DNA of 64,000 bases from Eledone cirrhosa. Lineage: Eukaryota. Both the position numbers and the translations under genes were made by a program. Below, one piece after another: positions 58,667 through 64,000 of this stretch. The notes beneath the pieces were generated by a model. It saw only the letters and a list, made by a program, of their open reading frames with translations. It ran no database searches and was not told the origin of the DNA. The number at the start of each line of letters is the position of its first letter. Positions within the stretch are counted from its first letter, which is position 1. The stretch lies in contig OZ024755.1 of assembly GCA_964016885.1 (NCBI GenBank), forward strand, positions 11,904,001-11,968,000. Direction: 5' to 3'.

Positions 58667-58866
58667 TATATATATATATATCACCTTGATCACCTTGACC
58701 GACCAGTCTGTCGGGCGCCAATCGGCGCCGCTGGTCACAGCCCGTCGTGCTGTTTTGGCCATAAGATAACGCCATCCCACTGGCTGGGCGGGCAGGCCGA
58801 TATATATATATATGTATATATATATATAGTATATAAGAACAAAAGATGGTTAAAAGAGTTCCATGT

Positions 58867-58935
58867 ATTTTATTATGCGCATTTCAAAAACAAATATCAT
58901 CATGCAATAATATTTGTGTTTTCATCAGATAAAAC
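58867..58935 (-). ncRNA. Type I hammerhead ribozyme
   Basis: Minus strand reads GTTTTAT-CTGATGA-aaacACAAATATT...GATATTTGTtttt-GAAAT GCGC ATA^ATAAAAT. 7-bp stem I, long stem II, palindromic stem III ATGCGCAT. Confidence 0.85.
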
Positions 58936-59083
58936 AGGAAGACATGATATGAAGGTTAAAAAACACTTGTGGATAGTGCAGTTTTAAATCAACATATGTA
59001 TACTCCAGTCCTACAAACTGTAGAGTGCTTCTTATCCGATATCTGCATTGCTTTATTGTACTACAATAAAACTCACCTCCTAC

Positions 59084-59147
<64 letters not shown>

Positions 59148-59200
59148 AGTCACTGCCACTTCACTCTTCAAAAAATACATTTTACACTATATATATGTAT

Positions 59201-59234
<34 letters not shown>

Positions 59235-59576
59235 CGGGTGTGTGTGTCTGTCTGTTGTGTGTGTAATTCATATGAATTTCAACTGCTGCGGTATAAATTC
59301 CACCTAGTAGATTGTCACTACTGCAGTTCGTGAATCAGAAACCTTATCAGTGAAAAGAATCAAATATATTTTCCCTACGCAGAAAAACAAATGAGATCAC
59401 TCTTATGCCAGAATTTCAGGCATTACTGTGTCTTCATCACTGAATAACTACCTCTATGATTCCTTATACATCGAGATATTTCTATCGAAACAATATGTCA
59501 TAAAATATCTAGAAAATACCTGAAATGGTCAGCTTAATTTCCACGACGTGCATACGTTTGGTGACGTAAATAAATA

Positions 59577-59763
59577 ATTGTTTCTACTTTAGGCACAAGG
59601 CCAGCAATTATCCAGTGCATTACTGGTACTTTATTTTATCGACCCCGTAAGGATGAAAGGCAAAGTCAACCTCGGCGGGATTTCAACTCAGATCGTAAAG
59701 GGACGTAACTATGCTGGAAAGCATGGCGTCCGACCTTCTACCGATACTGCCAATTCACCGCCC
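59577..59763 (-). mobile_element. Same SINE family
   Basis: TSD acgtaaataaataat. Truncated copies also at about 33512, 40178, 43140 and 61396. Confidence 0.85.
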
Positions 59764-60641
59764 TAGTAACGTAAATAAATAATGAATATTTACGCTAGAA
59801 CACAAAGTATATTTCAAAGTAATATGAATGTGTGAGAGTAGGTGTATATTTCTGTATATGATTTCAATTGTGAAGGCAAGTAGCTTGGGGACGAGTGTTT
59901 TCGATTCATGACATAAGTTCGATTCCCGAAGGTTGTGTAAAACACTTTATTTCATGTTGCTCTAGTCCCAGTCAACTGGATAACTTGTAATTCATAGCAC
60001 CAGCTTTTTTTTTTTCTTGATCTATTTCTTCGAAACACTTCTCTCTCTCTCTGGGGTACGGGTGATAGTGTTTAAGTTTACTGTTCTTACATGTTCCGCC
60101 TCATTGCACTTTGACGATAGATAGATAAGTATGTTCCAGACTCGAAAAAATAAATACCAAGGTGAATTATAACAGATTAAACTATGAAGGCGGTGTCCCA
60201 GAATAGCCGCAGTCTAATGACTAAAACTAGTAAATAAACAAAAGAAGAAAAGACTATATTGTACTAAGTTGGTTAACTGATTAACTTTCAAGTAGGCAAT
60301 CCGAGTGCGGGTTAAAAATACTATTAAAACAGGCATGTACATCTGAAGAGAGAAGGAGATTATGAGTGAGAGAGAAATAGTGAGGGCGGTTGAGTGAGAG
60401 AGAGGGGGATTGAGTGAGAAAGGAGATTGAGTGAAGAGAGGATGTTAGAGAGTGAGGGAGGGGTGAAACGAAAGATAGAGATAAGTGAAGGAATACAGAA
60501 TGGTGTAATCGAAAAATTAATAGATATGTAATTCAACTTTCTCTCAATGTGTTTGCTTTTCAATTTTTCCGTTCACATTTCTGTTTACAAAGCTTTAATT
60601 TTTAATGATGTTTATATTAAAGATCTTAAACATTAATTTGT

Positions 60642-60710
<69 letters not shown>

Positions 60711-60732
60711 ATGAGAGAGAGAGAGAAAGATA

Positions 60733-61036
60733 GATAAATTTCTTTATTAGCCACAAGGGCACAAAAGAAGGGGACAAATACAAACGGGGAGTTTACATAC
60801 AGGTATATGAAAATAAAACTATTAATACAATAACAAATAACAATTGAAATCCCCAATAGGGGGGGGGGGGGGTTACACAGGGGTTGTACAAATCCCGAAA
60901 AAATGTACAACCCTCATCTCCAGTGAGCACCAAGAGTGAATACTCCCTTCTTCTCTTCCTCTTTTTCCTCAACCTACAGGATTCTATAGAGAGAAGGCCC
61001 AACCACTCGGGCCATCTTTGCCACATTCACCCACCT
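60733..61036 (-). mobile_element. Tx1-like LINE 3' end
   Basis: Minus strand RWVNVAKMARVVG...* then a UTR ending gcccttgtggctaataaagaaa, similar to 34049-34070. Confidence 0.5.
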
Positions 61037-61552
61037 GAGAAAGATAGATAGAGAGACGGAGAGTGACAATAAGTAAGTATATGTATGCCCCCCAAAAAAC
61101 TCACGCAAAACGAATATCACTCTTCCTCATACCCGTATATATATCTTACTCGTGTACGATGTACATATTCCAACATTAAACATACACATGCGTGCCATAC
61201 ACATGCATGTGTATGTGTATGTGAATGCTATGTGTATTTGATGTATTGATGTATATATGTATGTATGGCATGAATGTATATGGTATATGCATATGTATAC
61301 GTGGTGTATATGTATATGATTCTCTCTGTGTATGTGGTGTGTATATGAGATACAGTTATGTGTAAGTGTATGTAACATGTATGTATTATATATGCCTGAG
61401 TTCAAACCCCACTAAGGTTGACTTTGCCTTTCATCCTTACGGGGTCGATAAAATAAAGTACCAGTAATACAGTGGAATAATTCCTGCCTGTGCCAAAAGT
61501 AGAAACAATTACATAATACATTAAGTATTTTTTTTTACTTGTCTTCTAATTT

Positions 61553-61640
<88 letters not shown>

Positions 61641-61701
61641 ACCGACTTACCACCACCTATCTCCTCCGTTTTTTTTTCTCCTCTTTTTCTTCTCTTTTTA
61701 G

Positions 61702-64000
61702 CTAACACTACCACCACAGTCACCACTATTACAACACCCACCACTACCACCACAGTCACCACTATTACAACACCCACCACAACCACCACAGTCACCACTA
61801 TTACAACACCCACCACAACCACCACAGTCACCACTATTACAACACCCACCACTACCACCACAGTCACCACTATTACAACACCCACCACTACCACCACAGT
61901 CACCACTATTACAACACCCACCACTACCACCACAGTCACCACTATTACAACAGCCACCACCACCACCACAGTCACCACTATTACAACACCCACCACTACC
62001 ACCACAGCCACCACTATTACAACAGTCACCACTACCACCACAGTCACCACTATTACAACACCCACCACTACCACCACAGTCACCACTATTACAACACCCA
62101 CCACTACCACCACAGTCACCACTATTACAACACCCACCACTACCACCACAGTCACCACTACCACCACAGTCACCACTATTACAACAGTCACCACTACCAC
62201 CACAGTCACCACTATTACAACACCCACCACTACCACCACAGTCACCACTACCACCACAGTCACCACTATTACAACAGCCACCACTACCACCACAGTCACC
62301 ACTATTACAACACCCACCACTACCACCACAGCCACCACTATTACAACACCCACCACTACCACCACAGTCACCACTATTACAACACCCACCACTACCACCA
62401 CAGTCACCACTATTACAACACCCACCACTACCACCACAGTCACCACTATTACAACAGCCACCACCACCACCACAGTCACCACTATTACAACACCCACCAC
62501 TACCACCACAGCCACCACTATTACAACAGTCACCACTACCACCACAGTCACCACTATTACAACACCCACCACTACCACCACAGTCACCACTATTACAACA
62601 GTCACCACTACCACCACAGTCACCACTATTACAACAGTCACCACTACCACCACAGTCACCACTATTACAACACCCACCACTACCACCACAGTCACCACTA
62701 CTACAACACCCACCACTACCACCACAGTCACCACTATTACAACACCCACCACTACCACCACAGTCACCACTATTACAACACCCACCACTACCACCACAGT
62801 CACCACTATTACAACACCCACCACTACCACCACAGTCACCACTACTACAACACCCACCACTACCACCACAGTCACCACTACCACCACAGTCACCACTACT
62901 ACAACAGTCACCACTATTACAACACCCACCACTACCACCACAGTCACCACTATTACAACACCCACCACTACCACCACAGTCACCACTATTAAAACAGCCA
63001 CCACTACCACCACAGTCACCACTATTACAACAGTCACCACTACCACCACAGTCACCACTATTACAACACCCACCACTACCACCACAGTCACCACTATTAC
63101 AACACCCACCACTACCACCACAGTCACCACTATTACAACACCCACCACTACCACCACAGTCACCACTATTACAACACCCACCACTACCACCACAGTCACC
63201 ACTATTAAAACAGCCACCACTACCACCACAGTCACCACTACTACAACACCCACCACTACCACCACAGTCACCACTATTACAACACCCACCACTACCACCA
63301 CAGTCACCACTATTACAACACCCACCACTACCACCACAGTCACCACTATTACAACACCCACCACTACCACCACAGTCACCACTATTACAACACCCACCAC
63401 TACCACCACAGTCACCACTATTACAACACCCACCACTACCACCACAGTCACCACTATTAAAACACCCACCACTACCACCACAGTCACCACTATTACAACA
63501 CCCACCACCACCACCACAGTCACCACTATTACAACAGTCACCACTACCACCACAGTCACCACTACTACAACAGTCACCACTACCACCACAGTCACCACTA
63601 TTACAACAGTCACCACTACCACCACAGTCACCACTATTACAACAGTCACCACTACCACCACAGTCACCACTACCACCACAGTCACCACTACCACCACAGT
63701 CACCACTATTACAACAGTCACCACTACCACCACAGTCACCACTATTACAACAGTCACCACTACCACCACAGTCACCACTATTACAACACCCACCACTACC
63801 ACCACAGTCACCACTATTACAACACCCACCACTACCACCACAGTCACCACTATTACAACACCCACCACTACCACCACAGTCACCACTATTACAACACCCA
63901 CCACTACCACCACAGTCACCACTATTACAACAGTCACCACTACCACCACAGTCACCACTATTACAACACCCACCACTACCACCACAGTCACCACTATTAC
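61702..64000 (+). CDS. Putative large mucin-like (Thr-rich PTS) exon, partial; repeat unit TTTTTVTTITTP
   Basis: A polypyrimidine tract plus AG (ttttcttctctttttag) ends at 61701. The phase-1 frame (first full codon 61704) reads NTTTTVTTITTP... with no stop for about 765 codons. The 36-bp unit is built from two 18-bp halves and all length variants keep frame. The track shows only the antisense Val-rich frame because this frame has no start codon. Confidence 0.6.

Noticed and set aside
61535-63994. 819-aa Val-rich minus-strand ORF
   Set aside because: Antisense shadow of the tandem array. It is implausibly hydrophobic and ends in a (CA)n microsatellite.

Overview
AT-rich, microsatellite-saturated eukaryotic DNA. 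The SINE families and (TA)n/(CA)n density suggest a cephalopod such as Octopus; this is inference. Almost all listed ORFs are microsatellite artefacts. The one credible host coding segment is missed by the ORF track: a Thr-rich, mucin-like tandem-repeat exon on + (61702 to the window end) after a good splice acceptor. The rest is transposon debris: a young tRNA-type SINE with TSDs, Dong/R4 LINE fragments in (TAA)n, Tx1, RTE and CR1/Jockey fragments, Helitrons, Tc1/mariner MITEs and a decayed DD37D transposase. The main hidden signal is about 16 type I hammerhead ribozyme (HHR) folds from about 10 distinct sequence families, all folded by eye. They sit in short, mostly non-coding elements inserted in (TA)n, often as fold-backs with a one-sided 3' tail. 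One HHR follows a remnant resembling a Penelope-type GIY-YIG C-terminus, which ties the system to Penelope-like elements (PLEs). Several families have non-canonical cores (CAGAAGA, U-U at the base of stem II, CUU sites). Otherwise unrelated tails share a ~10-nt motif (YRTYGARYVC-like) about 30-80 nt from the 3' end.
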